A stretch of 64,000 nucleotides of DNA from Nitrososphaerota archaeon (lineage in GTDB: Archaea > Thermoproteota > Nitrososphaeria_A > Caldarchaeales > Caldarchaeaceae): the NCBI GenBank assembly GCA_041641305.1, contig JBEPYN010000001.1, forward strand, positions 256,001 to 320,000, given 5' to 3'. Numbering within the stretch: the first letter of the stretch is position 1; each line of letters begins with the position of its first letter. The notes under the pieces are model-generated. The model ran no database searches and was not told the DNA's origin. It saw only the letters and a list, made by a program, of their open reading frames with translations. This document shows positions 35,426 through 44,450 of the stretch, one piece after another. Position numbers and translations under genes: made by a program.

Positions 35426-37243
35426 TCAAAGTACTGTGACCGATTTGGCCAAGTTCCGCGGCTTATCCGGGTCATATCCCTTGAGGACGGCCAAGTAGTA
35501 GGCGAGAAGTTGGAACGGGACCGTGTAGATTATGGGAGACAGCAGTGGATGGATTTTCGGGAGTCCGATGTAGTGGTCGGAGATGCTCTTCAGCTCTTCA
35601 TCCTCTTTGTCGCCGAAGACGATTATTTTTGCTCCGCGGGCCTTCATCTCCATAATGCTGCTTATGTTTTGTTTTCGGTATTCGTCGGGCGGAGCCACGA
35701 AGATGACAGGGACCTTTTCCTCTATCACGCTGATTGGGCCGTGTTTGCTTTCACCCGATGGGTAAGCTATGCAGGGTATGTAGGAGAGCTCCATGACCTT
35801 TAGACGTCCTTCATAGGCTGTGCTGACGGAGATGCCGCGTCCCAAGATGAAGAGAAAAGGTGAGTTGACGAGTGTTTCCGCGAGCTCCCTCACCTTAGCC
35901 GGTGCGGTGAGCAAAACTTCTTCAACAAGCTTCGGAACCTTTGACAACTCGTGTCCAAACTCATCCATCTCAAACTGTGAAATCTTGCCTCTCAGCCTCG
36001 AAAGCCTCAAAGCAATCTGCGCCAACACGAGGACCTGCGAAGTAAAAGTCTTGGTGGCGGCCACACCTATCTCGGGCCCCGAGTTCTGGAGAACATACGC
36101 CCGCGATACACGGGTGAGCGTGGAGCCGACGGTGTTTGTTAGTCCGAGGATTGTGCATGCTCTCATCCTCGCGAAATCAAGCGCATTCAGCACGTCGGCC
36201 GTCTCGCCTGACTGGCTTACGGCGAGTATGACCGTGTCCGCTCCAACCGCTCCCCCATAGTTTGCAACAAACTCAGACGCTATGACGGGGTAGGAGGGCA
36301 TGCGAGCCACGGCTGAGAACATGTAGGAGCCTGCGAGACACGCGTTGTAGGAGGTCCCCGCACCCAGTAGAAAAACCACACGCCCCTTGTCCAGAAGCTC
36401 CGCAAGCAAATCCACATACTCTCGCTGGGTTCTCAAAGCATCTCTCAGAGAACTCGGCTGCTCAAAAATCTCCTTCAACATAAAATGTGGATGGCCTTGT
36501 TTCTCAGCCATCTCAACCGTGAGCGCAACCGTTTTCACCTGTCTATCAACAGCTGCACCATCGGCCAGACGGAAAATCTTGTAGCCGTCGACCCTAACAG
36601 CGGCGGCATCGCCGTCATTCAGAAAAACCATCTGATTGGTCATCTCTATCAAAGCAGTCATGTCAGAGGCAATCATGTTAAACCCGGCGCCTACACCGAT
36701 GATGAGTGGGGCCTCTTTACGTGCAACCATAATCACATTCGGCTCTCTCAAACATATTGCTGCAAGCGCGTAGCTTCCCTCGAGCCTTCGAACCGCGTGT
36801 ACAAAGGCCTCCTCAAACCCCATGCCACGCTTCATGAAATCCTCAATCAGATGCGGGACAACCTCGGTGTCTGTTTTTGAGACAAGGTTGTGGTTGAGGT
36901 CGGTGAGCTCTTTTCTCAGTTGAAGAAAATTCTCCAACACACCGTTGTGGACCACCGCAACCGTTCCCATGCAGTCGGTGTGAGGATGCGCGTTTACCTT
37001 AGAAGGCGCTCCATGCGTCGCCCACCTTGTATGAGCTATACCGATGCTGCCAGGCAACTTGTCCAGCGACAGTTTAGCATTCAACTCATCAACCTTCCCC
37101 GCATCCTTCTCCACAAACAAAGCATCCTCCGCAATAGTGGCCAAGCCAGCGGAATCATAGCCTCTATACTCGAGACGCTTGAGACCTTTCACCAAAATGG
37201 GAGCAGCGTCTACGGATCCGATATAACCCACGATGCCGCACAT
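35426..37243 (-). CDS. glmS: Glutamine--fructose-6-phosphate aminotransferase
   Basis: MCGIVG, LEYRGYDS, HTRWATHG, SQSGET, PRNLAKSVTV. Confidence 0.97.
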   Translation of the reverse strand: MCGIVGYIGSVDAAPILVKGLKRLEYRGYDSAGLATIAEDALFVEKDAGKVDELNAKLSLDKLPGSIGIAHTRWATHGAPSKVNAHPHTDCMGTVAVVHNGVLENFLQLRKELTDLNHNLVSKTDTEVVPHLIEDFMKRGMGFEEAFVHAVRRLEGSYALAAICLREPNVIMVARKEAPLIIGVGAGFNMIASDMTALIEMTNQMVFLNDGDAAAVRVDGYKIFRLADGAAVDRQVKTVALTVEMAEKQGHPHFMLKEIFEQPSSLRDALRTQREYVDLLAELLDKGRVVFLLGAGTSYNACLAGSYMFSAVARMPSYPVIASEFVANYGGAVGADTVILAVSQSGETADVLNALDFARMRACTILGLTNTVGSTLTRVSRAYVLQNSGPEIGVAATKTFTSQVLVLAQIALRLSRLRGKISQFEMDEFGHELSKVPKLVEEVLLTAPAKVRELAETLVNSPFLFILGRGISVSTAYEGRLKVMELSYIPCIAYPSGESKHGPISVIEEKVPVIFVAPPDEYRKQNISSIMEMKARGAKIIVFGDKEDEELKSISDHYIGLPKIHPLLSPIIYTVPFQLLAYYLAVLKGYDPDKPRNLAKSVTVL

Positions 37244-37317
37244 GCATGACATGACACCGTGGTTCTTTATAAACACGTTTCAAAAAACTTAAGACCGGTC
37301 AAAAAATTCTTTACATC

Positions 37318-38244
37318 ATGCGCATAGTCGAGCTTGTCAAGGATGATGCCGAGGCGGATGTTCTCCTCGCAGACCCGGTTAGTCTACGTGCTCTTTCGAC
37401 TCCGACGGCTTGGAAAGTTTTGCGCGCCTTCGTGGATGACAACTACATTTCGAGGGCGGCTTCGCAGACGGGTTTAAGCAAACAGTTGGTCAGCATGCAT
37501 GTTACGAGGCTGGTGAGGGCTGGTTTGTTGAAGGAAGTAGGTGGAAGTGTTCACAGAGGCGGATACGCTAGAATTTATCGGACCACTTCATCGGGATTAG
37601 CTTTCGTCTACTCTCGCAGATGCTGGAAAAAGAATCACCAGGCTAGGCGTATGCCCGAGCAGCTGGCGAAGTTTCTCACCCCAATCATAACCGATGGTAT
37701 ACTCGATGGACTTGTGGTGGTGGGTTCACCGCATCCACATGGACCCTTCCGAGCCGTTGCAACCGATGGACACTATGGTTTCCAGCTGGGGTTGTTCCTC
37801 GGAAAATACATCGCCTCCCAGAAGGATTTCGCCGTTAGGCTGGACGTCGACGTCAAATCGGAAAAACTATACACCGAGAACCTACTCCTCATCGGAGGCC
37901 CCGGCACAAACCTCATAACCGCGGAGATAAACAAAGAGATGCCAATATATTTTCTCGAGAACAACTACTGGGGAGGCCTCGTCTCGCCCAAAGCTGTATA
38001 CACAAGCGAGTTCACAGGACTTGTCGCAAAAACAGTCAACCCATTCAACCAGAGCAAACAGGTCATAGTTTTAGCTGGGCTAAGGGCCGCTGGAACAAAA
38101 GCGGCGGTAATAGCTCTAACGAACCACTGGCAAAGCCTCTTGAGCAGCTACACAGGGCAAGAGAGATGGGCAGCCGTTGTCGAGGGCCTAGACCTTGACG
38201 GCGACGGAAAAATAGACTCGGTCAACGTGTTAGAGACCGCTTAA
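37318..38244 (+). CDS. Winged-helix transcriptional regulator with C-terminal alpha/beta domain
   Basis: N-terminal ArsR-like wHTH (SKQLVSMHVTRLVRAGLL); NLLLIGGPGTN; C-terminal DLDGDG. Confidence 0.7.
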   Translation: MRIVELVKDDAEADVLLADPVSLRALSTPTAWKVLRAFVDDNYISRAASQTGLSKQLVSMHVTRLVRAGLLKEVGGSVHRGGYARIYRTTSSGLAFVYSRRCWKKNHQARRMPEQLAKFLTPIITDGILDGLVVVGSPHPHGPFRAVATDGHYGFQLGLFLGKYIASQKDFAVRLDVDVKSEKLYTENLLLIGGPGTNLITAEINKEMPIYFLENNYWGGLVSPKAVYTSEFTGLVAKTVNPFNQSKQVIVLAGLRAAGTKAAVIALTNHWQSLLSSYTGQERWAAVVEGLDLDGDGKIDSVNVLETA

Positions 38245-38814
38245 TAGGTCCAGCTGCTTCTCGGCCTCTTTCAAGTCCTCTACTTTGTCGATGTCCAGCA
38301 GCATCCATTTCTCAACATCAACCACAACAGGCCTTATCTCCGACAAGACTCCTCTCGCTCCCACGTCGCCATGCAGATTCAACAACTTATGGAAAACTCG
38401 TTTGCTGAAGACTGCGGGAGTTACCGGCACCCCGTTCAACCCGGCGGCCACAGCGTCAACATCCTTTTCCAGAAACACCTCCACCAGCTTACGTACAACC
38501 GGTTTTATGAAAGGCATGTCACCCAACACAGCCAAGAGGCCATTGGCTTGATACGGTGTCCAAGAAACTGCGAGCTTCAACGCCTCTGACATTCCCTTAT
38601 CAGCTCTCCTGTTAACCAGCACCGAGAAGCCGTCGGGAAAACGGTACTTTCCAAGCTGCTCAGACCTTACAACGACAGCTCTGTAATCACAAAACTCAAC
38701 AGCTTCGAGAGCCCACATGTAAAGAGGCTTCCCGCCCAACATAGTTGACATCTTATCCGCCCCAAACCTCTTAGAAAAACCTGAGGCGAGAACAGCAGCG
38801 GCCACCGTTGTCAT
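38230..38814 (-). CDS. MocA/MobA-like NTP transferase
   Basis: LASGFSKRFG.DK, GM..AL, LGDMP, L.GD.GAR, DID..EDL. Confidence 0.85.
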   Translation of the reverse strand: MTTVAAAVLASGFSKRFGADKMSTMLGGKPLYMWALEAVEFCDYRAVVVRSEQLGKYRFPDGFSVLVNRRADKGMSEALKLAVSWTPYQANGLLAVLGDMPFIKPVVRKLVEVFLEKDVDAVAAGLNGVPVTPAVFSKRVFHKLLNLHGDVGARGVLSEIRPVVVDVEKWMLLDIDKVEDLKEAEKQLDLLSGL

Positions 38815-38887
38815 CGCACATGTATTCGTCGACCAGTTAAAAAAATTTAAAACTTGACGCAACACATACATAATAGGTGTTTTAAGG

Positions 38888-39553
38888 TTGTACTCAGCTA
38901 GGGAAAGGGTTGAGGATTATCGCTCAAGATTACTCTCGCTAACACAGGACCAGATGCGGAGAATTCTGGACCTTCTCCGCAAAACCGTGCTGATGGTGGA
39001 GATTGCGAGCAAAGAACCAGACAGTAAGAAGGTTGAGGAAACATATTCCGAGGTCATGCAGATAGACGAGGCTGCGAAAAACTGTCGCAGACAGGTAGAG
39101 AAGGAGGTATCCGAGATAGGGGCCCTGCTTACGAACAGAGAAGACTTCATCCGTTTGGTCAACTCTTTAGACAAAATAGCAGACATCGCGGAGGGAGTCG
39201 CGTTTAGGGTGGTCGGCCTCGTTAAATCTAGGATGAAGCTCGATAAAGAGATAATGACGCAGGTTCTCAGCCTTGCCGAGCTCGTTCTTCAGACCGTTAC
39301 ACGTCTGAGGGAAGCTATACTGGCGGTCACACTAAACAGCGAAACCTTCTACCAAAAACTCAAGGAGACCGAGGAATTTGAGAGAAAAGTGGACGAACTC
39401 TATAGGAACATTGATTTGACCCTCCTAATGTCGGACATGAAGATAGGCCAGCTTCTGCTGGTGCGTGAAATAGTCTCGATGCTGGAAGACATCGCCGACA
39501 TGGCTGAGGAATCTGTGGAAACCCTCCGTGTACTCTCATTCGTTATCCTATGA
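38888..39553 (+). CDS. DUF47 / PhoU-like phosphate transport regulator family
   Basis: REDF..L...LD.IAD; ERKVDELYR; LEDIAD.AE. Confidence 0.82.
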   Translation: MYSARERVEDYRSRLLSLTQDQMRRILDLLRKTVLMVEIASKEPDSKKVEETYSEVMQIDEAAKNCRRQVEKEVSEIGALLTNREDFIRLVNSLDKIADIAEGVAFRVVGLVKSRMKLDKEIMTQVLSLAELVLQTVTRLREAILAVTLNSETFYQKLKETEEFERKVDELYRNIDLTLLMSDMKIGQLLLVREIVSMLEDIADMAEESVETLRVLSFVIL

Positions 39554-39556
39554 CGT

Positions 39557-40102
39557 GTGCCGCGGATGTTTGAGGGCCTGCTTCTAGGAGACAGCGTAGT
39601 TGTATGGAATGTTGACCAAGCGCGGGAGCTTTACCGCACAGGATTCTATGGAAAACCCCTAGGCGTCCCCAAGCCAAGAGACCTCAACTTCGATGCCCCC
39701 CTTGTCCTCGACCTTGTCGAGGCTCTTTACCTCGCTAAGCAGCGAAAGCTGCGTATTCTCCGCGGCGACACAGAGATTTCTCCCGAGGATTTTGAGGAAT
39801 ATGCCGCATCGGTGGAGCCGAACTTCAAAACAAAGTACCATGTCTACGCAGACCTACGTGAACGTGGTTTCATAGTCCTGCCGGGGATAAAGTTCGGCAG
39901 CGACTTCGCGGTTTACCGACATGGCCCCGGCATAGACCATGCGCCATTCATCATACAGATTAAGAAGGGTGATGATAGGCTTTCTGCCTTGGAGATAATT
40001 AGGGCGGGGCGCCTCGCCACCTCTGTCAAAAAACATTTCACGATATCTGTGCCCACTGATGATAAAGTTGTGTACCTGATGTTTGAGTGGTGGAGAGCTT
40101 AA
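39557..40102 (+). CDS. endA: tRNA-splicing endonuclease catalytic subunit
   Basis: L.LVEALYL, VY.DLRERG, GIKFGSDFAVY, H, RLATSVKK (Y/H/K triad). Confidence 0.93.
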   Translation: MPRMFEGLLLGDSVVVWNVDQARELYRTGFYGKPLGVPKPRDLNFDAPLVLDLVEALYLAKQRKLRILRGDTEISPEDFEEYAASVEPNFKTKYHVYADLRERGFIVLPGIKFGSDFAVYRHGPGIDHAPFIIQIKKGDDRLSALEIIRAGRLATSVKKHFTISVPTDDKVVYLMFEWWRA

Positions 40103-40755
40103 ACCATACGGATGTAGATGACGTGGAGTAGTTTTCCAAATTTCTTGATTTCGAGCAGCTTGTGCCCCGTGCGCTCGGCGTAGGCAATCATGTCAACCTC
40201 TGTAGCCGGTTCAGAGGTTATCACATGCAGGCTCTCCCCAACCTTGAGGTAACGCGAGATAAAGTCGCCGACCTGTGTCAGGATGTTTTCACATGTTTCG
40301 CCGAAAACTGTGAGACGGAAATCGGCAAGTGTTTCTAAACAGGCCACGCCTCTCTCCGCGTTTATCGCGGCAAATTTTTCGGCGGCTGTCGACGAGTCCA
40401 CAGCATTTGTCAGGGGTTTCTCCGCACGCACCTTTGCTAGCCATCCCTCATCGTAGGTGTTTTTCACCAAAAGCTCCGGTGTCAAAACCGGGTTAGTCTC
40501 AAGTATAATGCAGTCGACTGGTGCAAGCAAGGCGGCGTCGGCCCGTGGGTTGGACAACACCGCCAGCATGGTGTTTTTCTTGGCCAGCGTACCTGATTGC
40601 CTCACGGTGACCCGGTGAGGTTTTCCGACAAAAAATAGATAGGGTTTTACGACGCCTACTAGGTAGGTGTTGTCTGAGAGAGGCTGCATCCAGAGGTCGT
40701 GTTCCACAACGTATAGTCTGTCGCTTGGGTAAATGCAGCCGTCAGCCTGGGTCAA
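40099..40755 (-). CDS. GcvH/LbpA-like domain (lipoyl Lys replaced by Arg) fused to TusA-like domain
   Basis: P.DRLY...H.W, APV...I.E.N, Y.EGWL; C-terminal L...G..C...GESL.V...EP....D......TGH. Confidence 0.75.
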   Translation of the reverse strand: MTQADGCIYPSDRLYVVEHDLWMQPLSDNTYLVGVVKPYLFFVGKPHRVTVRQSGTLAKKNTMLAVLSNPRADAALLAPVDCIILETNPVLTPELLVKNTYDEGWLAKVRAEKPLTNAVDSSTAAEKFAAINAERGVACLETLADFRLTVFGETCENILTQVGDFISRYLKVGESLHVITSEPATEVDMIAYAERTGHKLLEIKKFGKLLHVIYIRMV

Positions 40756-41603
40756 CGCTGCCGCTCAATCGGGAAACGGACGAGGTTCCCCCACTCAGTC
40801 CAGCTGCCGTCGTAAACTCTTACCCTCGGGTATCCGAGGAGATGCTTGAGGACAAACCATGTGACGCTGGCTCGTTCACCGATGCGGCAGTATGTCACCA
40901 CGTCCTTTTCAGGAGTCACACCTTTCGACGCGTAGAGCTGCTTAAGCTCCTCGGCCGACTTGAATGTTCCGTCTTCTCTGATAGCTTGTCCCCATGGAAT
41001 GTTTATGGCGCCCGGTATGTGGCCTCCTCGTTGTGCATGCTCGTTGGGGTACTCTGGTGGGGCTGTTATCTCGCCTGTGAACTCGGCTGGTGAACGGACG
41101 TCGACAAGAACGAGGTCGGCTTTCCCAACTTTTTCTCTGAGAAGCTCGTCGAAGAAGACGCGGTTTTCATATTTGACCTTCTCCACTTTATAGACCGCTG
41201 GCTTAGGTGTTGGAACCTCCTTAGTCAATTCCCCGCCCGTGTCTATCCATTTTTTTCTCCCGCCGTTTAGTATCTGAACTTTCTTGTGACCATATATTTC
41301 GAAGACCCAGAAGGCGAATGTTGCGAACCAGTTGTTGTAGTCGCCGTAGAGGATGACGTGTGTGTCGTTTGAGACGCCGAGTCTGCTCAACAGTTTCTCA
41401 AACTCCTCCGGACCTATGATGTCCCTCTGATCGGGCTTGTTCATGTCCTTTCTCCAGTCTATCAACAGCGCGCCTGGGATGTGACCCTGCTCGTAGGCCA
41501 GCTTCGGGTCATAGTCCACCTCTATCACTGTTATGCCTGGTTTTCCGAGATTTGCTTTCAGCCACTCAACCTCTACCAAAACCGATGGGTTTGCGTATGT
41601 CAT
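40752..41603 (-). CDS. Tandem-domain thiosulfate sulfurtransferase (rhodanese)
   Basis: GHIPGA twice, LNGG...W, active loop YCRIGERA, YDGSWTEWG. Confidence 0.94.
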   Translation of the reverse strand: MTYANPSVLVEVEWLKANLGKPGITVIEVDYDPKLAYEQGHIPGALLIDWRKDMNKPDQRDIIGPEEFEKLLSRLGVSNDTHVILYGDYNNWFATFAFWVFEIYGHKKVQILNGGRKKWIDTGGELTKEVPTPKPAVYKVEKVKYENRVFFDELLREKVGKADLVLVDVRSPAEFTGEITAPPEYPNEHAQRGGHIPGAINIPWGQAIREDGTFKSAEELKQLYASKGVTPEKDVVTYCRIGERASVTWFVLKHLLGYPRVRVYDGSWTEWGNLVRFPIERQR

Positions 41604-41665
41604 GTGGTTTATATGCATGATGCAAGATTTATAGGTTATTATTCTACAATAATAATTGGGAAATA

Positions 41666-43363
41666 TCACCCGTACCTGAACTTAACCCCGTGCCCATGCC
41701 ACTCATGGCCAAACCTCACGACCTCAGACGGCCCTATGACCCCGCATGTTCCACACGCCACGCACGCCACATGGTCAAACTTCAACAACCCATTCCTGAT
41801 GTCGTTCCAGGTCATTTCAAGGGCCTTTTTCTCGGCCTCGTTTATGTTTAGTCCCTGTTTCATTAGGTTCTCAAGGTTTAGACGATAAAGGTCTCTGAAG
41901 CTGGAGAACACCCCTTTCTCGGTTACGAGGGTGTAGCAGCTCACCGGACAGAGCGGTATCCATGCCTTGTATGGGTCGCGGGATGCAGCATCCTCATCTA
42001 CCGCTATGTGACTCCTGACCTTATCCTCGTGATACTCGAGTTTACCAATATATTGCTGAATTTTCTGAACCATGTCCCGCTGCACATCCCTCATGTTGAT
42101 GACGCGGCCCACCGAAGATTTCCCGAAACCCAAACTGAACCCGATAGATGGGAGAACAGAATAGGCGAAACGACCCTCTGTTAGCCTACTGTTTGACCGC
42201 GATTTCTCCACTCTCCTGTATAACGGCTCTAGGAGAATGCGGTAAACAGAGAGGGAGGCGTCGCTGAAGTCGTTTCGTTTCTTGGCTTCGATGAAGGTTT
42301 TAGCGGCAGCTATTCCCGAGGCTACGGCTGGTCTCATCCCGTCGATCAAGGCACCCATTTTGTAGAAGACGCCGAGGGAGTCTCCGGCCATCAGGAAACC
42401 CGGTGCATAGGGTTTCTGCGGCAGGATTTTGTAGCCACGCGGTATGTTGTGGGCCGAGTACTCGACGAGGGTTGCACCCTCGAGCAAGGGGCCGAGAAAC
42501 GGATGCTCCTCCATCTCCTCTAAGAGGTCGAGCGGCTTACCAACTTCCGTGAAGTCTTTCGTGAACTTTTCTATGCCCGATGAGAGGTCTATGACTATGC
42601 CGACCGATACGGTGTCACGGTTTGGGTACACGAACCCGCCTCCCACAACGCCGTGCATAAAAGGCCCGATAAGGTAAACAGATTTGTAGCCATCTCCCGT
42701 GGAGAAAAATTCCTCTATCCGTTCTGGGTTGACTTTGAAGATGTGCTTAACGCCGTGGTAGACCTGGTCTGGTGTGAGCTTGGACCTTATGCCAGCCTTT
42801 TCGGGAAGTAGGCTGGTGACCCCTCCGCAGTCTATAACCAAGTCCGCGTAAACCTCTTCGTCAACAGTCTTCACACCCACAACTCTCCCATCTCTCCAAA
42901 CAAGCTCTTCAACAGTTTTACGGCTGGTAAGCATAGCTCCCTCCTCGGTCGCGACACCGGCAAGCCAACGGTCAAACCGAGCCCTCAAAACAGAATAATC
43001 ATGTCCGGTGGAGGCGTCGAGCATGGTGAAACCCAGCTTGGTAAAGAGAGATGATTTGTCGAGCTTGATGTATCGGTAACTCGCCTCACCGTCTTGCTTA
43101 CGCGGCGAGCTCAACATGTACAACTCATGGCCAACGATTTTCCGCTCTAATGGTGCGTGTTCCTCAAACTCCGGCACCAAGTCAACTAGCCCGAGCCCGT
43201 TCTCAAATGCTCCGAATAATACGCCGCCGGAAACATTTCTCTGCCCCGGGAGCTGCGCCTTCTCCAACACGAGAACATCAAAACCTTCCCGGGCGAGTTT
43301 AATCGCCGCCGCACTTCCCGCGGGCCCCGCCCCAACAACAACGACGTCAAACTTTTCAACCAT
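41666..43363 (-). CDS. fixC: FixC-type FAD oxidoreductase fused to FixX-like ferredoxin (ETF:quinone oxidoreductase-like)
   Basis: GAGPAG, NVSGG, RARFDRWL, EYSAH.IP, AGD; C-terminal CP..CY and CVACGTC, G.GVKFRYG. Confidence 0.87.
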   Translation of the reverse strand: MVEKFDVVVVGAGPAGSAAAIKLAREGFDVLVLEKAQLPGQRNVSGGVLFGAFENGLGLVDLVPEFEEHAPLERKIVGHELYMLSSPRKQDGEASYRYIKLDKSSLFTKLGFTMLDASTGHDYSVLRARFDRWLAGVATEEGAMLTSRKTVEELVWRDGRVVGVKTVDEEVYADLVIDCGGVTSLLPEKAGIRSKLTPDQVYHGVKHIFKVNPERIEEFFSTGDGYKSVYLIGPFMHGVVGGGFVYPNRDTVSVGIVIDLSSGIEKFTKDFTEVGKPLDLLEEMEEHPFLGPLLEGATLVEYSAHNIPRGYKILPQKPYAPGFLMAGDSLGVFYKMGALIDGMRPAVASGIAAAKTFIEAKKRNDFSDASLSVYRILLEPLYRRVEKSRSNSRLTEGRFAYSVLPSIGFSLGFGKSSVGRVINMRDVQRDMVQKIQQYIGKLEYHEDKVRSHIAVDEDAASRDPYKAWIPLCPVSCYTLVTEKGVFSSFRDLYRLNLENLMKQGLNINEAEKKALEMTWNDIRNGLLKFDHVACVACGTCGVIGPSEVVRFGHEWHGHGVKFRYG

Positions 43364-44450
43364 TGTATCCGCCCTCTATCAACTCGATTAAACGCGGCAC
43401 GATTTGGTAAAGGTCTCCCTTGACACCGTAGTGCGCGATCTCGAATATGGGGGCTTTGGGGTCGGTGTTTACGGCGACTATTTTCTTGGATTTTATCATG
43501 CCGACCCTATGCTGCACCGAGCCGCTTATCCCGAGAGCAACGTAGACGTCAGGCGATACTGTTTTACCCGTCTGCCCCACTTGTCTCTCAGATGTTATCA
43601 ATCCCTCCAGCTCCTTCAGTTCAGCGTGTATCAACGCACGGGTCGCGCCCAGCTCGGCTTTGACGCCGAGGCGTGTTTTGATGACTTCCACAAGTTTCTT
43701 GGCCAGTTCATAGCCCTCCCTCGGGTTGCGTGGGTTGCCCTTGCCGTCCTTGAGAATGCCCAAACCTATGCTAACAACTACCTTGGCCTCCTCGAGCTCG
43801 ACAGGGCTCTTCGGCACCTCCCTTTCCTCCAAAACCTGAACAAGAAAATCGTCGGGGTTCGGCTCGGGCCTCAGCCTAACCTTTTCACCGGCCCTGCTCC
43901 TGTCCTCGGGAAGGGGGTCGAAGTTCCCGGGCCTAATGCTCGCTATCTGAGGCCTGTGACGAGGTGTGTAGATTTTCGCCACACGTGTCGCGAAGTCAGG
44001 CCTTATCTGGGCCAAAACGTTTTTGAAAGTTGTGTTGAGCGGCCCGAAGTAGTAGTCTTCGACGGCGAGGTTGATGTTGTCGGTGGCCAATCCTGTGTTG
44101 AGCCTGTAGGCGACACGTGGAGAAAGGTCTCGCCCAAGCTCGTCTGCGACAAAAAGCAGCGCATAGGGCTTGTATCTCTCCACCATCTCGCAGACTATGC
44201 GAGTATATGGTAGACACTGGTAGCTCCGTAGCCAAGGCTCATCTGCATAGTAGACCACGTCAGCGCCCCTTGCAATTGCTTCGTCCACTGCATTCTCCAC
44301 ATCATATCCTATGATAACGGCTCCAACCCTCTGCTCAATTTTGTCAGCTACTTTCCGAGTCGCGGCGATAATCTCAAGGCTCGGCCTCGTCAGCCTTCCT
44401 TTATCCAAGGCGCAGTAAGCCCACACATCCCTATACTGCTCGAGCGACAA
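43356..44450 (-). CDS. etfA: Electron transfer flavoprotein subunit alpha (FixB)
   Basis: GRDLSPRVA, QVGQTGKTVSP..Y.ALGISG.VQH..GM, NTD..APIF. Confidence 0.93.
   Translation of the reverse strand: MSLEQYRDVWAYCALDKGRLTRPSLEIIAATRKVADKIEQRVGAVIIGYDVENAVDEAIARGADVVYYADEPWLRSYQCLPYTRIVCEMVERYKPYALLFVADELGRDLSPRVAYRLNTGLATDNINLAVEDYYFGPLNTTFKNVLAQIRPDFATRVAKIYTPRHRPQIASIRPGNFDPLPEDRSRAGEKVRLRPEPNPDDFLVQVLEEREVPKSPVELEEAKVVVSIGLGILKDGKGNPRNPREGYELAKKLVEVIKTRLGVKAELGATRALIHAELKELEGLITSERQVGQTGKTVSPDVYVALGISGSVQHRVGMIKSKKIVAVNTDPKAPIFEIAHYGVKGDLYQIVPRLIELIEGGYNG

Noticed and set aside
40099-40755. Canonical gcvH call
   Set aside because: Lipoyl Lys replaced by Arg, extra TusA-like domain, coupled to a rhodanese rather than to gcv
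43404-44213. 269-aa plus-strand ORF
   Set aside because: Lies wholly antisense to etfA; no family motifs
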